The translations under genes and the position numbers were made by a program. The notes beneath the pieces are model-generated. The model was not told the origin of the DNA. It made no database searches and was given only the letters and a program-made list of their open reading frames with translations. A stretch of 64,000 bases of DNA from an uncultured Croceicoccus sp. (GTDB taxonomy: Bacteria > Pseudomonadota > Alphaproteobacteria > Sphingomonadales > Sphingomonadaceae), in contig NZ_CANMCP010000002.1 of NCBI RefSeq assembly GCF_947496385.1, forward strand, positions 229,035-293,034. The letters run 5' to 3'. Within the stretch, counting starts at the first letter, position 1; every line of letters begins with the position of its first letter. Below, piece by piece: positions 19,111 through 28,948 of the stretch.

Positions 19111-19434
19111 TCAGCCTGCGAGTATCAATTGCCCGGTGATCCCTTCGTTCCCGTCGACAAAGGCGATCGTCGCCGCGATTGCCTCCTCATCCGCCAATTC
19201 CTCCGCCGGGGCGACCCCGTTCACCCGGCGCGGAGCATGGCGCCGGGCCAGCGCGGCAATCGCCTCCACCCGCCAGCGATGGGGCTTTTCCTCCGCATGG
19301 GAAAAACGGATGGTCAGCACGTCCGTGGTATTGAGCGCATTTTCGATATGCGGGAGATGGTAGTCGTGAAACCGCGCCGCGGCGGAAAGCGGCTCCGCAC
19401 CCGAAAGATCGGCGGTATAGACCAACCCGCGCAT
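19111..19434 (-). CDS. SDR-like C-terminal fragment protein, a possible relic of the folB-linked short-chain dehydrogenase
   Basis: 107-aa ORF whose ATG overlaps the folB TAA (TAATG). RVNGVAPA...AIAATIAFVDGNEGITGQLILAG resembles the C-terminal third of SDRs, but no TGxxxGxG or YxxxK is present. Confidence 0.45.
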   Translation of the reverse strand: MRGLVYTADLSGAEPLSAAARFHDYHLPHIENALNTTDVLTIRFSHAEEKPHRWRVEAIAALARRHAPRRVNGVAPAEELADEEAIAATIAFVDGNEGITGQLILAG

Positions 19435-19805
19435 TACCGGCGGTCGCGGACGAGCGTCATGCCGATCTTCTCGTCATGTTCGGCAATGGCGAGTTTCACG
19501 ATCTTGACCGTGACCTGCTCCACCCGGTCATCCTGAAGGAAAAGCGTTTCGCAGATATGGTCGGCCACCGCCTCGATAAGCTTGAAATGCACGCCTTCGG
19601 GCAGGGCTTCGCGCGCCGCGAATTTCAGGTCCATGTAATTCTTGCTCGCGTCGAGCGGGGTGTCGGGCTCGAACCGGTCCGGCACTTTCATCCGCACGGC
19701 GAGCGAAATGCGAAGCGGCTGCGGCTTTCCCGTCTCCTCCGAATAGATGCCGGTCAGGACATCGACGACGAGATCGGACACTTCGAGCGTGAGCGAATCG
19801 GTCAT
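19434..19805 (-). CDS. folB: dihydroneopterin aldolase
   Basis: ORF 19434..19811 begins at a TTG in the track. ATG 19805 (MTDSLTLEV...) is preferred. The fold pattern is typical of FolB. Confidence 0.85.
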   Translation of the reverse strand: MTDSLTLEVSDLVVDVLTGIYSEETGKPQPLRISLAVRMKVPDRFEPDTPLDASKNYMDLKFAAREALPEGVHFKLIEAVADHICETLFLQDDRVEQVTVKIVKLAIAEHDEKIGMTLVRDRR

Positions 19806-19811
19806 GAGCAA

Positions 19812-20711
19812 TCAGCCTTCGTTGGACCAGCGGGCATAGATCGCGGTCGGCAGGATCCGCCCCGCCTGTCCTGCGCCGCCTTCTTCCCGCACGGCGAGGT
19901 CGCCATGTTCGATGCTGCCCGGCAGATCACCGAAATGTTCGGCCAGCAAGCCGGCCAGCGAGAGCGAGGACATGCGCACGGCATAGGCGGTGAGGAACAG
20001 GAAACGCGAATTGCCGTCGATCAATTGCCGGCAATCGGCGACGAGACCGGGCAGCCCATCCTCGATGCGCCAGACCTCGCCATTGGGGCCGCGCCCGAAT
20101 TTCGGGGGGTCGAGAATGATGCCATCATACCGCCGTTCGCGCCGCACCTCGCGCGCGGCGAATTTGGCGGCATCGTCGATCAGCCAGCGCACCGGCCGGT
20201 CCTCCATCGCCGAAAGCGCGGCGTTTTCACGCGCCTGCGCCACGGATTTCTTGGACGCATCGACATGCGTGACCCGCCCCCGCCGCGCGAGCGAAAGCGA
20301 CCCGACCCCGGTATAGCCGAACAGGTTCAGCGTCTGCGGATCGGCCATCCCGTCCAGCTGTGCGTCCATCCAATCCCACACCGGCGCCATGTCGGGAAAA
20401 AAGCCCAAATGCCGGAACGGCGTGCATTGCGCATTGAACCGGATGCTGTTCCAGTCCAGCGTCCAGCCATCGCGCGGCACGCGGCCATCGAATTGCCAGC
20501 GCCCGCCGCCATCCTCGTCCGAGGCGGGCACGAATTCGCCATGCGCGTCCCATTGCAAGAGCCGCGGCGTCCACATCGCCTGCGGTTCGGGGCGGATGAA
20601 CCGGTAATCGCCATAGGCTTCGAGCTTGCGCCCGTGCCCGCTGTCGAGCAGGCGAAAACCGTCCCACCCCTCACCCAGCATGAGGCCGGGCCGTTCCGTC
20701 AACACCGCCAT
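19812..20711 (-). CDS. class I SAM-dependent RNA methyltransferase (RlmI/PF10672-like, short form)
   Basis: ATG 20711 (MAVLTERPG...) inside ORF 19812..21002 and overlapping the thrC TAA. It has LNLFGYTGVGSL (SAM binding) and ILDPPKFG motifs. Confidence 0.8.
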   Translation of the reverse strand: MAVLTERPGLMLGEGWDGFRLLDSGHGRKLEAYGDYRFIRPEPQAMWTPRLLQWDAHGEFVPASDEDGGGRWQFDGRVPRDGWTLDWNSIRFNAQCTPFRHLGFFPDMAPVWDWMDAQLDGMADPQTLNLFGYTGVGSLSLARRGRVTHVDASKKSVAQARENAALSAMEDRPVRWLIDDAAKFAAREVRRERRYDGIILDPPKFGRGPNGEVWRIEDGLPGLVADCRQLIDGNSRFLFLTAYAVRMSSLSLAGLLAEHFGDLPGSIEHGDLAVREEGGAGQAGRILPTAIYARWSNEG

Positions 20712-22120
20712 TACGCGGGGTCTGCGCTGACCGTGGCGCGCTCTGCGACATAGGAGGCGATGGCGTCGTATTCGCCCGAAAGCACGTCGTAGCGTTCCTC
20801 CCGCTCGTGCAGGTCGGCGAGCCGTTCCGGCAGCACCGGATCGACGCCGGTCGCGGCCTTTACCGCCGGGCCGAACTTCGCCGGATGCGCGGTGGCGAGC
20901 GTGACGACCGGGACATGGGGAGGCAGATCGGCGGCGCGCGCGGCGTAGAGGCCGATCGCGGTATGCGGATCGATCACCTCGCCCGCGGCGTGATGCGCCC
21001 ATCGCATGGCGGCATTCATTGCATCGGCATCGACCCGCGCACTGGAAAACAGGGCGGCGGCGCCTTCCCGCTGCGCATGGGTGAGTTGCATCGCGCGGGC
21101 GCCATCGAAACCGCGCATCTGCTCCGCCATGGCGGCGCCGTCGCGCCCGCCTGCGTCGAACAGCAGCCGCTCGAAATTCGAGCTGACCTGAATGTCCATG
21201 GAGGGGGCGTCGGTGGGCGTGACGCCCTGCGCCGAATAATCGCCCGACGCGATCGCGCGGTGCAGGATGTCGTTCACGTTCGTCGCGACGATGAGCCGCT
21301 CGACCGGAAGGCCCATGCGCGCCGCGACATAGCCTGCGAACACGTCGCCGAAATTGCCGGTCGGCACGCTGAACGCGATTTTCCGGTGCGGCGCGCCAAG
21401 CGCCACGGCGGCGGTGAAGTAATACACGACCTGCGCCATGAGCCGCGCCCAGTTGATGGAGTTCACCGCACTGATCCGGAAACGCCCGGTCATGGCGGTG
21501 TCGCCGAACATGCGCTTTACCGTGGCCTGTGCATCGTCGAAGCTGCCGCCGATGGCGATGTTATGGATGTTGGGGGCGAGCACCGTCGTCATCTGCCGCC
21601 GCTGCACCTCCGACACGCGGCCGCGCGGGTGCAGCATGAACACATCCACATGCGCGCGGCCGGCAAGCGCCTCGATCGCGGCGGACCCGGTATCGCCCGA
21701 GGTCGCGCCCACCACGGTCAAATGCCGGTCGCCATCTTTCAAAAATTCCTCGAACAGCAGGCCGAGCAATTGCAGCGCGACGTCCTTGAACGCCAGCGTC
21801 GGCCCGTGAAAAAGCTCGAGCAGCCATTGCCGCTCGTCGAGCTGCTTTATCGGGGCGACCGCGGCATGCGCGAACCGCCCATAGGCAGCCTCGCACAATT
21901 CGAGCAGGCGTTCCGGGGCCAGCGATGCGCCGACGAACGGCGCCATGACCCGCGCGGCCACCTGTGCATAGGGGAGGCCCGCCATCGCGGCGATGTCATC
22001 GTGGGTGAACTGCGGCCATTCGCGGGGGATGAACAACCCCCCGTCGCTCGCCAATCCGGCCAGCGTGACACCCTTGAAATCGAGCGGCGATGCCCCGCCC
22101 CGTGTGCTGATATAGTCCAT
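20711..22120 (-). CDS. thrC: threonine synthase
   Basis: 469 aa, MDYISTRGG..., with the PLP-lysine context HGPTLAFKD. Confidence 0.93.
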   Translation of the reverse strand: MDYISTRGGASPLDFKGVTLAGLASDGGLFIPREWPQFTHDDIAAMAGLPYAQVAARVMAPFVGASLAPERLLELCEAAYGRFAHAAVAPIKQLDERQWLLELFHGPTLAFKDVALQLLGLLFEEFLKDGDRHLTVVGATSGDTGSAAIEALAGRAHVDVFMLHPRGRVSEVQRRQMTTVLAPNIHNIAIGGSFDDAQATVKRMFGDTAMTGRFRISAVNSINWARLMAQVVYYFTAAVALGAPHRKIAFSVPTGNFGDVFAGYVAARMGLPVERLIVATNVNDILHRAIASGDYSAQGVTPTDAPSMDIQVSSNFERLLFDAGGRDGAAMAEQMRGFDGARAMQLTHAQREGAAALFSSARVDADAMNAAMRWAHHAAGEVIDPHTAIGLYAARAADLPPHVPVVTLATAHPAKFGPAVKAATGVDPVLPERLADLHEREERYDVLSGEYDAIASYVAERATVSADPA

Positions 22121-22131
22121 GCGCCGCGCGA

Positions 22132-22722
22132 TTACCTCCCGTCATCCTTGCGCGCAAGCCGTGCACGCAGGGCCAGCCCATAGATGACGAGCGCCGTCGC
22201 GGCGAAGAAGAACCATTGCACCATGTAGGAGATATGATTGTTGGGCAGATTGTGCGGATCGGGCCGGGCCAGCGGCGCAAGCCCGGCCTGCGGCGGATCG
22301 GCGACGAGGCGGACACCCATGCCCGCCGGTGCCACGGTTCCGGTCACGACGCCTCCGTCCCAGGGCCGCACCCCGGGCTGCAGCACCCAGCCCAGCATGA
22401 CCTCCGCCTCCCCGCCCCCGCGAAGGCGGCATTGCGCGACCTGGCCCCATCCCTTGCGCCCGTCGCGCGCGGTGGCGCCGATCGCGCCCTGCTCGATCAC
22501 CTCGGCGCAATCGACCTGGCTTTGCCGGTAAAGCGCCGCCTCGCTCGCGGTTTCGTTTTGCGGAAACGGAACAGGCTCGCTTCGGCCCTGCGCCTGTTCG
22601 TAATAGGCGATGATGGCGGTCTTCTCCTGCGCCCGGCGATATTGCCAGATGCCGAGTGCGATCATCACGGCGACCGCAACGCCCACCACCAATGTCGCGA
22701 ATACGGGTATGCGGCGCATCAT
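22132..22722 (-). CDS. SURF1-family cytochrome oxidase biogenesis protein
   Basis: 196 aa with an N-terminal TM followed by LGIWQYRR, and a C-terminal TM with YMVQWFFFA. It is in the conserved position after ctaE. Confidence 0.8.
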   Translation of the reverse strand: MMRRIPVFATLVVGVAVAVMIALGIWQYRRAQEKTAIIAYYEQAQGRSEPVPFPQNETASEAALYRQSQVDCAEVIEQGAIGATARDGRKGWGQVAQCRLRGGGEAEVMLGWVLQPGVRPWDGGVVTGTVAPAGMGVRLVADPPQAGLAPLARPDPHNLPNNHISYMVQWFFFAATALVIYGLALRARLARKDDGR

Positions 22723-23126
22723 TCCCCGCCGCCGTCACCGCGCGATTGCGCCTCGCGCGCGCCGCGCCGATACTCCACGATCAGCAACGCGCCCTTCGCA
22801 AGCCGCAGGCCATAGACCACCATCGCGATCGTCAACGGCACCCAGAGAATGACGTGAACCCAGAACGGCGGGTGGAGCATCTGATCCACGACGATCGCAA
22901 GGATCGCCATCACCGCGCCGACGATCAGGGTGAGGAAACCGGCCGGCCCGTCGCCGACGTTGAAGCGGGAATAATCAAGCCCGCACTGGCCACATTTATC
23001 CGCGAATTGCACCGCGCCCCTGAACATGGTGGGGGCGGCGCATCGGGGGCATTCCCCAAGCGCCGCCGCCTTGATCAGCGAAGCGGGCGAGCGAGGGCCC
23101 GGCCCGTCTTCGGGTGTATCGGTCAT
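22719..23126 (-). CDS. DUF983 domain membrane protein
   Basis: ATG 23126 (MTDTPEDG...) has an ATGA overlap with the ctaE stop. It has a CPRC...CGQC zinc-ribbon pair plus two TM helices. Confidence 0.7.
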   Translation of the reverse strand: MTDTPEDGPGPRSPASLIKAAALGECPRCAAPTMFRGAVQFADKCGQCGLDYSRFNVGDGPAGFLTLIVGAVMAILAIVVDQMLHPPFWVHVILWVPLTIAMVVYGLRLAKGALLIVEYRRGAREAQSRGDGGGE

Positions 23127-23947
23127 CAGTGAACCGGCGCGCCCCAACCGCCCCAGACATACACCGCCACGAAGAGGAACAGCCACACCACGTCGACGAA
23201 GTGCCAGTACCAGGCAGCCGCCTCGAAACCGAAATGCTGACGCGGGGTGAAATCCCCCTTGTAGCTGCGGACGAGCGCGACAATCAGCATGATCGTCCCG
23301 ATGATCACGTGCGCGCCGTGGAACCCGGTCGCCATGTAGAAGGCCGAACCGTAGGTGTTCTCGCCAAACGGGAACGGCGCGTGCATGTATTCGTAAGCCT
23401 GCACCCCGCTGAAGATCAGGCCGAGGATGATGGTCAGCCACAGACCTTTCTTGAGCCCGTCGCGATCCCCGTGGATCAGCGAATGGTGCGCCCAGGTCAC
23501 GGTCGTACCCGAACACAGCAGGATGAGCGTGTTGAGCAGCGGCAGGTCGAACGGATCCATCACCGCCTCGATCCCCGCGGGCGGCCATTGCCCGTCAACC
23601 ACCTCGGTCAACGTGGTGGGGAAGAGCGCGAAATCGAAGAACGCCCAGAACCAGCCCACGAAGAACATGACCTCGGACGCGATGAACAGGATCATCGCAT
23701 AGCGCAGGTGCAGCTGAACCACCGGCGTATGGTCGCCGGCGCGCGCTTCCTTGATGATATTGCTGAACCAGCTGTACATCGCGACAAGCACGCCGATCAC
23801 GCCCGCGATCAGCACATAGGTGCCGAGCGCCATTTCATGCATGAACATCGCCATGCCGCTCGTGAAGACGAGCAGCGAAAACGACAGCAGGAACGGCCAG
23901 GGGTCCGTCGGCAGAATATGATAATCGTGGTTCTTCGTGCCGGCCAT
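23126..23947 (-). CDS. ctaE: cytochrome c oxidase subunit III
   Basis: 273 aa, 7-TM, with HHSLIHGDR, GFHGAHVIIGT and WYWHFVDVVWLFLF. Confidence 0.95.
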   Translation of the reverse strand: MAGTKNHDYHILPTDPWPFLLSFSLLVFTSGMAMFMHEMALGTYVLIAGVIGVLVAMYSWFSNIIKEARAGDHTPVVQLHLRYAMILFIASEVMFFVGWFWAFFDFALFPTTLTEVVDGQWPPAGIEAVMDPFDLPLLNTLILLCSGTTVTWAHHSLIHGDRDGLKKGLWLTIILGLIFSGVQAYEYMHAPFPFGENTYGSAFYMATGFHGAHVIIGTIMLIVALVRSYKGDFTPRQHFGFEAAAWYWHFVDVVWLFLFVAVYVWGGWGAPVH

Positions 23948-24077
23948 GATGCGTATTTCCCCTGAACTTTCAGCCTGAGCGATCAGTGACGGACCTCAGC
24001 GGTCCACAAAATCCTTTGCGCGCCTTTAGCGGCGCCGACGCGCGCGGTCCAGAGCCTTTGCGCCAAAGCGCGCGACG

Positions 24078-24629
24078 TTACTCGTCCTCATGCGCGTAGA
24101 AAGTGTAACTGAGCGTGATCTGCCTCAGGTCCCGCGTGTCCGGATCGTCGAGAATCGCCGGGTCGACGTAGTAGAGCACGGGCATGCGCATTTCCTGCCC
24201 CGCCTGCAACGTCTGATCCGTGAAGCAGAAACACTGTATCTTGTTGAAATACTTGCCGGCCTGCACCGGGGACACGTTGAAGCTCGCCGTACCGGTGATC
24301 GGGTGATCGGATTCGTTCTTCGCAAGGAAAATCGCCATGTCGCGCGCGCCGATGGATACGGTATCGGTGGTATGCTCCGGCCGGAAATTCCACGGCATCC
24401 CGCGTTCGACATTCGCGTCGAAGCGAATCGACATCGTGTCCTCGGCCACGAAGACCTTCGCCGCCTCGGCCTCGGTCACGCGCTGCGTCGTGCCGTCGAG
24501 CCCGGTCACCTGGCAGAACATCCGGTAGAGCGGCACCGCGGCATAGCCGAGCCCGACCATGAGCACCGCCACGCCCAGGAATATCAATCCGACGCGGCGG
24601 TTCCGGTTATCGATCAGACGGGCAGACAT
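24078..24629 (-). CDS. ctaG: cytochrome c oxidase assembly protein CtaG/Cox11
   Basis: 183 aa with an N-terminal TM and the copper-binding CFCF motif (KIQCFCFTDQ). Confidence 0.9.
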   Translation of the reverse strand: MSARLIDNRNRRVGLIFLGVAVLMVGLGYAAVPLYRMFCQVTGLDGTTQRVTEAEAAKVFVAEDTMSIRFDANVERGMPWNFRPEHTTDTVSIGARDMAIFLAKNESDHPITGTASFNVSPVQAGKYFNKIQCFCFTDQTLQAGQEMRMPVLYYVDPAILDDPDTRDLRQITLSYTFYAHEDE

Positions 24630-24686
24630 GATCCGGTCCCATACGGCAGTTCGGCCCGAATGGCAAAGACGCGAATCACGCGGCGA

Positions 24687-24890
24687 TCAGCCGAACGGCT
24701 GACCCGAATTCTGCGCGGCGTCCTGCTCCGCCGCGGCGGCGGCACGGTCCTCCGGCGTCGGGAATCGCACGAAGGTCAGAACGAAAAACAGCACGACGAG
24801 CCCGACCAGAACGAAGCCGAGCACCTTGTTCCGGCCTTTCTGGCGCGCGTGCACTTCGTCGGAATGGCGGCGTTTTTCATCGGGCGTCAT
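24687..24890 (-). CDS. small single-TM protein encoded between ctaB and ctaG
   Basis: ATG 24890 ([12 protein letters not shown]...) has an ATGA overlap with the ctaB stop. It is 67 aa with one TM ([19 protein letters not shown]). Confidence 0.5.
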   Translation of the reverse strand: MTPDEKRRHSDEVHARQKGRNKVLGFVLVGLVVLFFVLTFVRFPTPEDRAAAAAEQDAAQNSGQPFG

Positions 24891-25807
24891 GCAATCCATC
24901 CATAATTGGCGGCCAGTCGATCCGCGACCAGCACACCGAACAGCGCGAACAGGTAGAGAATCGAGAAGGCGAAGAGACGCTTTTCCGGCTTCATTGCATC
25001 GTCCGGCCCGGAAAACCGCGTGCCCACCGGCACCGCAAGCGCGAAAAATGCCAGCGACAGGACCCCCGCGCCGATGGCGTAGATCGCGCCCGCCCCGCCG
25101 ATGAACCATGGCGCCATCGCGACCGGTGCAAGGATCACGGTATAGGCAAGGATCTGACGGCGTGTGGCCTTTTCCCCGGCAACGACGGGCATCATCGGAA
25201 TGCCGACATTGGCATAATCGGTCTTCACGAAAAGCGCGAGTGCCCAGAAATGCGGCGGCGTCCACAGGAAGATGATCGCGAACAGCACGACCGGCATGAG
25301 CGTGATCTCACCCGTCACGGCCACCCACCCGATCAGCGGCGGAAATGCACCGGCGCCGCCACCGACCACGATATTCTGCGGCGTGCGCGGTTTCAGCCAC
25401 ATCGTGTAAACCACGGCGTAATAGACGATGGAAATGATCAGCAGGATCGCGGCAAGCCAGCCCACGCCCAGCCCCATGACCATGACCGATCCTGCCGAGA
25501 GGGCAATGCCGAAATCCCGCGCGCTGCCGCGTTCCATGCGTCCGGCGGGAAGCGGCCGGTTCGCCGTGCGCTTCATCCCGCCGTCGATCTCGGCCTCGTA
25601 CCACTGATTCAGCGCAGCAGCGCCGCCGGCACCCACGGCGATGCACAATATGGCGGTAAACGCGATGACCGGATGGATCGATCCAGGCGCCGCAAGCAAC
25701 CCGCACAGGCCCGTAAAAACCACCAGCGTCATCACGCGCGGCTTGGTCAGCGCGAGGAAGTCGCGCCAGTGCGTCGGCAGGGCGACGCTATGGTCTGCGG
25801 TGATCAT
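24887..25807 (-). CDS. ctaB: protoheme IX farnesyltransferase (heme o synthase)
   Basis: 306 aa, polytopic UbiA-family protein, with [23 protein letters not shown]. Confidence 0.93.
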   Translation of the reverse strand: MITADHSVALPTHWRDFLALTKPRVMTLVVFTGLCGLLAAPGSIHPVIAFTAILCIAVGAGGAAALNQWYEAEIDGGMKRTANRPLPAGRMERGSARDFGIALSAGSVMVMGLGVGWLAAILLIISIVYYAVVYTMWLKPRTPQNIVVGGGAGAFPPLIGWVAVTGEITLMPVVLFAIIFLWTPPHFWALALFVKTDYANVGIPMMPVVAGEKATRRQILAYTVILAPVAMAPWFIGGAGAIYAIGAGVLSLAFFALAVPVGTRFSGPDDAMKPEKRLFAFSILYLFALFGVLVADRLAANYGWIA

Positions 25808-25863
25808 GCTGGGGCCTATAGCTGCAAAGGGGGCACGCGCAAAGCCCGCATCGCAAAACCAGA

Positions 25864-25894
25864 GCGCCCCGGCGGAGAGTATCCGCCGGGGCGC
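25864..25894 (-). terminator. strong hairpin between ctaD and ctaB (possible attenuator or processing site)
   Basis: Perfect 12-bp stem gcgccccggcgg/ccgccggggcgc with a 7-nt loop. The minus strand continues tctggttttg. Confidence 0.45.
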
Positions 25895-25921
25895 CGGGTG
25901 ACTTTGCGCCGAATGAAGCGA

Positions 25922-27622
25922 TCAATGCGCGTGGGCGTGATCGTCGATTTCGGGCAGCGTTTCGAACTGGTGGAACGGCGGCGGGCTGGACAGCGTCCAT
26001 TCCAGCGTGGTCGCACCCTCACCCCAGTAGTTCGGGGCCGGCTTCTTGCCTGCAACGATGGCGTAGATGATGTTCAGGAAGAACACGCCGACGCTGATCG
26101 CCATGATGACATAGCCGACCGAAGACAGATGGTTCCAGTAGCTGAACGCCGGGGTGTAGTCGGGATAGCGGCGGGCCATGCCCTGCATGCCGAGGAAGTG
26201 CATCGGGAAGAACACGAGGTTCACGCCGATGAAGAAGATCACGAACTGAATCTTCGACAGCAGTTCCGAGTGCCAGCGGCCGAACATCTTCGGGAACCAG
26301 TAATACCAGCCCGCGAACATGGCGGTCACCGCGCCCAGCGACAACACGTAGTGGAAGTGCGCGACGACATAATAGCTGTCGTGCAGGTTGTCGTCGACGC
26401 CGCCATTGGCCAGCACGACGCCGGTCACGCCGCCCACGGTGAACAGGAAGATGAAGCCCAGCGCCCACCACATCGGCGATTTGAACTCCAGGCTGCCGCC
26501 CCACATGGTGGCGATCCAGCTGAAGATCTTGATGCCGGTCGGCACCGCGATGATCATCGTCGCGGCGGTGAAGTACATCTTCTCGTTCACCGACAGGCCG
26601 ACCGTGTACATGTGGTGCGCCCACACGACGAAGCCGACGACGCCGATCGCGACCATGGCATAGGCCATGCCGAGATAGCCGAACACGGGCTTGCGGCTGA
26701 AGGTGGAGACGATCTGGCTGATAATACCGAAACCCGGCAGGATCATGATGTACACTTCGGGGTGGCCGAAGAACCAGAAAAGGTGCTGGTAAAGGACGGG
26801 ATCGCCGCCGCCGACGGGATCGAAGAACGTCGTGCCGAAATTACGATCGGTCAGCAGCATGGTGATCGCCGCGGCCAGAACCGGCAGAGCGAGCAACAGC
26901 AGGAAGGCCGTGACCAGCACCGACCATACGAACAGCGGCATCTTGTGCAGGGTCATCCCCGGTGCGCGCATGTTGAAGATGGTGGTGATGAAATTGATCG
27001 CGCCCATGATCGAGCCGGCACCGGCAAGGTGCAGCGCAAAAATGGCGAAGTCGACCGCCGGCCCGGGCGAACCCGTGGTCGACAGCGGTGCATAGACGGT
27101 CCAGCCCGTGCCGGCGCCCGTCCCGGTGCCGCCCGGCATGAAGGCCGAGATCATCAGCGAGCAGAAGCCCATGAACGTCAGCCAGAAGCTGATGTTGTTC
27201 ATGCGCGGGAACGCCATGTCGGGCGCGCCGATCATGATGGGCACGAACCAGTTGGCGAAACCGCCGATCATGGCGGGCATCACGACGAAGAACACCATGA
27301 TCAGGCCATGCGCGGAAATCAGGACGTTCCACAGGTGCAGCGTCTGGTCGAAATCGACCGCTTCGCCGCCGCCGAGGAACTGCGCCCACCAGCCGAGAAC
27401 CTGAATGCCGGGTTCGGCAAGCTCGGCCCGCATGATGCCCGAAATACCGCCGCCGATGATGGCCGCGAAGATCGAGAAGATCAGGTAGAGCGTACCGATG
27501 TCCTTGTGGTTGGTGGACATGAACCAGCGCGCGAAGAACGACGGCTTGTGATCGGCATGGCTATGCAGATCGTGCGCGTCGTCATGCGCGGGATGATGGT
27601 CGGGGTGAGCGGTGGTAGCCAT
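25922..27622 (-). CDS. ctaD: cytochrome c oxidase subunit I
   Basis: 566 aa with [17 protein letters not shown] and [12 protein letters not shown]. Confidence 0.97.
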   Translation of the reverse strand: MATTAHPDHHPAHDDAHDLHSHADHKPSFFARWFMSTNHKDIGTLYLIFSIFAAIIGGGISGIMRAELAEPGIQVLGWWAQFLGGGEAVDFDQTLHLWNVLISAHGLIMVFFVVMPAMIGGFANWFVPIMIGAPDMAFPRMNNISFWLTFMGFCSLMISAFMPGGTGTGAGTGWTVYAPLSTTGSPGPAVDFAIFALHLAGAGSIMGAINFITTIFNMRAPGMTLHKMPLFVWSVLVTAFLLLLALPVLAAAITMLLTDRNFGTTFFDPVGGGDPVLYQHLFWFFGHPEVYIMILPGFGIISQIVSTFSRKPVFGYLGMAYAMVAIGVVGFVVWAHHMYTVGLSVNEKMYFTAATMIIAVPTGIKIFSWIATMWGGSLEFKSPMWWALGFIFLFTVGGVTGVVLANGGVDDNLHDSYYVVAHFHYVLSLGAVTAMFAGWYYWFPKMFGRWHSELLSKIQFVIFFIGVNLVFFPMHFLGMQGMARRYPDYTPAFSYWNHLSSVGYVIMAISVGVFFLNIIYAIVAGKKPAPNYWGEGATTLEWTLSSPPPFHQFETLPEIDDHAHAH

Positions 27623-27642
27623 GTCTGGAAACCTTTACCTTC

Positions 27643-28707
27643 TTAGACGGTCGGGGCCGCGGTGGCGGCGGCACCTTCGGGAGCGGGGTTGCGGGCACCG
27701 GCCGCCCCGGGAATTGCGGACTCGGGCTGCTGAATGCCGGGAATCTCGGTCACGTCGGACGGTTCATCGCCCAGCGTGCCACCCGGCTGCGTCAGCACCC
27801 ATTGCTCGAACTGCGCACGGGGGAGAGCCTCGACCGCGATCGGCATGTAGCCGTGACGCGCGCCGCAAAGCTCCATGCACTGCCCGTAATAGACGCCCGG
27901 CTCCTCGACGATCAGCATCTTTTCATTGAGGCGGCCCGGAACCGCGTCGAGCTTGAACCACAGCGAAGGCACGGCGAAGGAGTGGATGACGTCCGCGCCG
28001 ATCGTCTGGATCCGGATGGGCTCGCCCACCGGCACGACCAGGCGATTGTCCACGGCGAGCTGCGGCGGCTCGCCATTCGCGATGGCCTCGTCCTCGTCCA
28101 TCATGTTCGAGATCACCTCGAAATCGCCGTAATCGGGATAGGTATAGCCCCAGTACCACTGATACCCGGTAACCTTCACGGTAAGGGCATCTTCGGGTGC
28201 CGTTTCATATTGCTTGGCGAGCAGGTCGATCGAGGGGACCGCGATGCCGAGCAGAATGAGCACGGGGAGCAGCGTCCAGATCACCTCGACCACGGTGTTG
28301 TGAGCGGTCTTCGACGGCGTCGGGTTCGCGGCGCGGCGATATTTCACCATCACCCACAGCATCAGGAACAGCACGATCAGCGACACGATCACGATGACCG
28401 GCATCAGGATCGCGTTGTGCATCCACAGGCCATATTCACCGATCGGCGAATACTGGTCCTGGAACCCGATGGCGCCGTCGATCGGCATGCCCTTGCCCGG
28501 CGTCGGAGCCATGGGCGTGTACGAGCCGGCCGGCGCCGCCTCGGCGATGGGCGCAGCCGCCGGAACCGCGGCCGGCGCGTTTTCGATGACGTCAGGTTGG
28601 GCAGGCGCAATTGCGGCCAGCACGGTTTGCGGCAGAAATGCCACACCCATGGCGAGACCGAATCCCGCCGTCTTAATCTTGTCAGCCGCGCGGCGCATGT
28701 TGCTCAC
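27643..28707 (-). CDS. ctaC: cytochrome c oxidase subunit II
   Basis: 354 aa with a signal peptide, two TM helices and the CuA site HSFAVPS...CMELCGARHGYM. Confidence 0.93.
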   Translation of the reverse strand: MSNMRRAADKIKTAGFGLAMGVAFLPQTVLAAIAPAQPDVIENAPAAVPAAAPIAEAAPAGSYTPMAPTPGKGMPIDGAIGFQDQYSPIGEYGLWMHNAILMPVIVIVSLIVLFLMLWVMVKYRRAANPTPSKTAHNTVVEVIWTLLPVLILLGIAVPSIDLLAKQYETAPEDALTVKVTGYQWYWGYTYPDYGDFEVISNMMDEDEAIANGEPPQLAVDNRLVVPVGEPIRIQTIGADVIHSFAVPSLWFKLDAVPGRLNEKMLIVEEPGVYYGQCMELCGARHGYMPIAVEALPRAQFEQWVLTQPGGTLGDEPSDVTEIPGIQQPESAIPGAAGARNPAPEGAAATAAPTV

Positions 28708-28948
28708 CAGTTCGCTCGCTTTCCTGCCTGAATCCTAAGGTTCGCGAAGTGCTTCGTCGTGACGGACCATGCCGTCAACCGACATTATGGCACGTTTCGC
28801 CTCCACTTGCGAGCCGGCCTATACGCGCGCTTGCGGCCTGTCTCAAGCACCTCTAGGGGATATTTTTATCGAGGCGGGGCGCATGGGCCGCGGCGCGGGC
28901 ACGCCCGGCCATGCCACCGCCGCACCGGGATCAAGGCAGACGGAACCC

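Noticed and set aside
25250-27646. 798-aa plus-strand ORF
   Set aside because: It lies exactly antisense to ctaB/ctaD, which have unmistakable oxidase motifs. Its translation is Arg/His/Asp/Gly-rich low-complexity sequence with no recognisable domain. This is the typical stop-codon-poor antisense frame of a high-GC genome.
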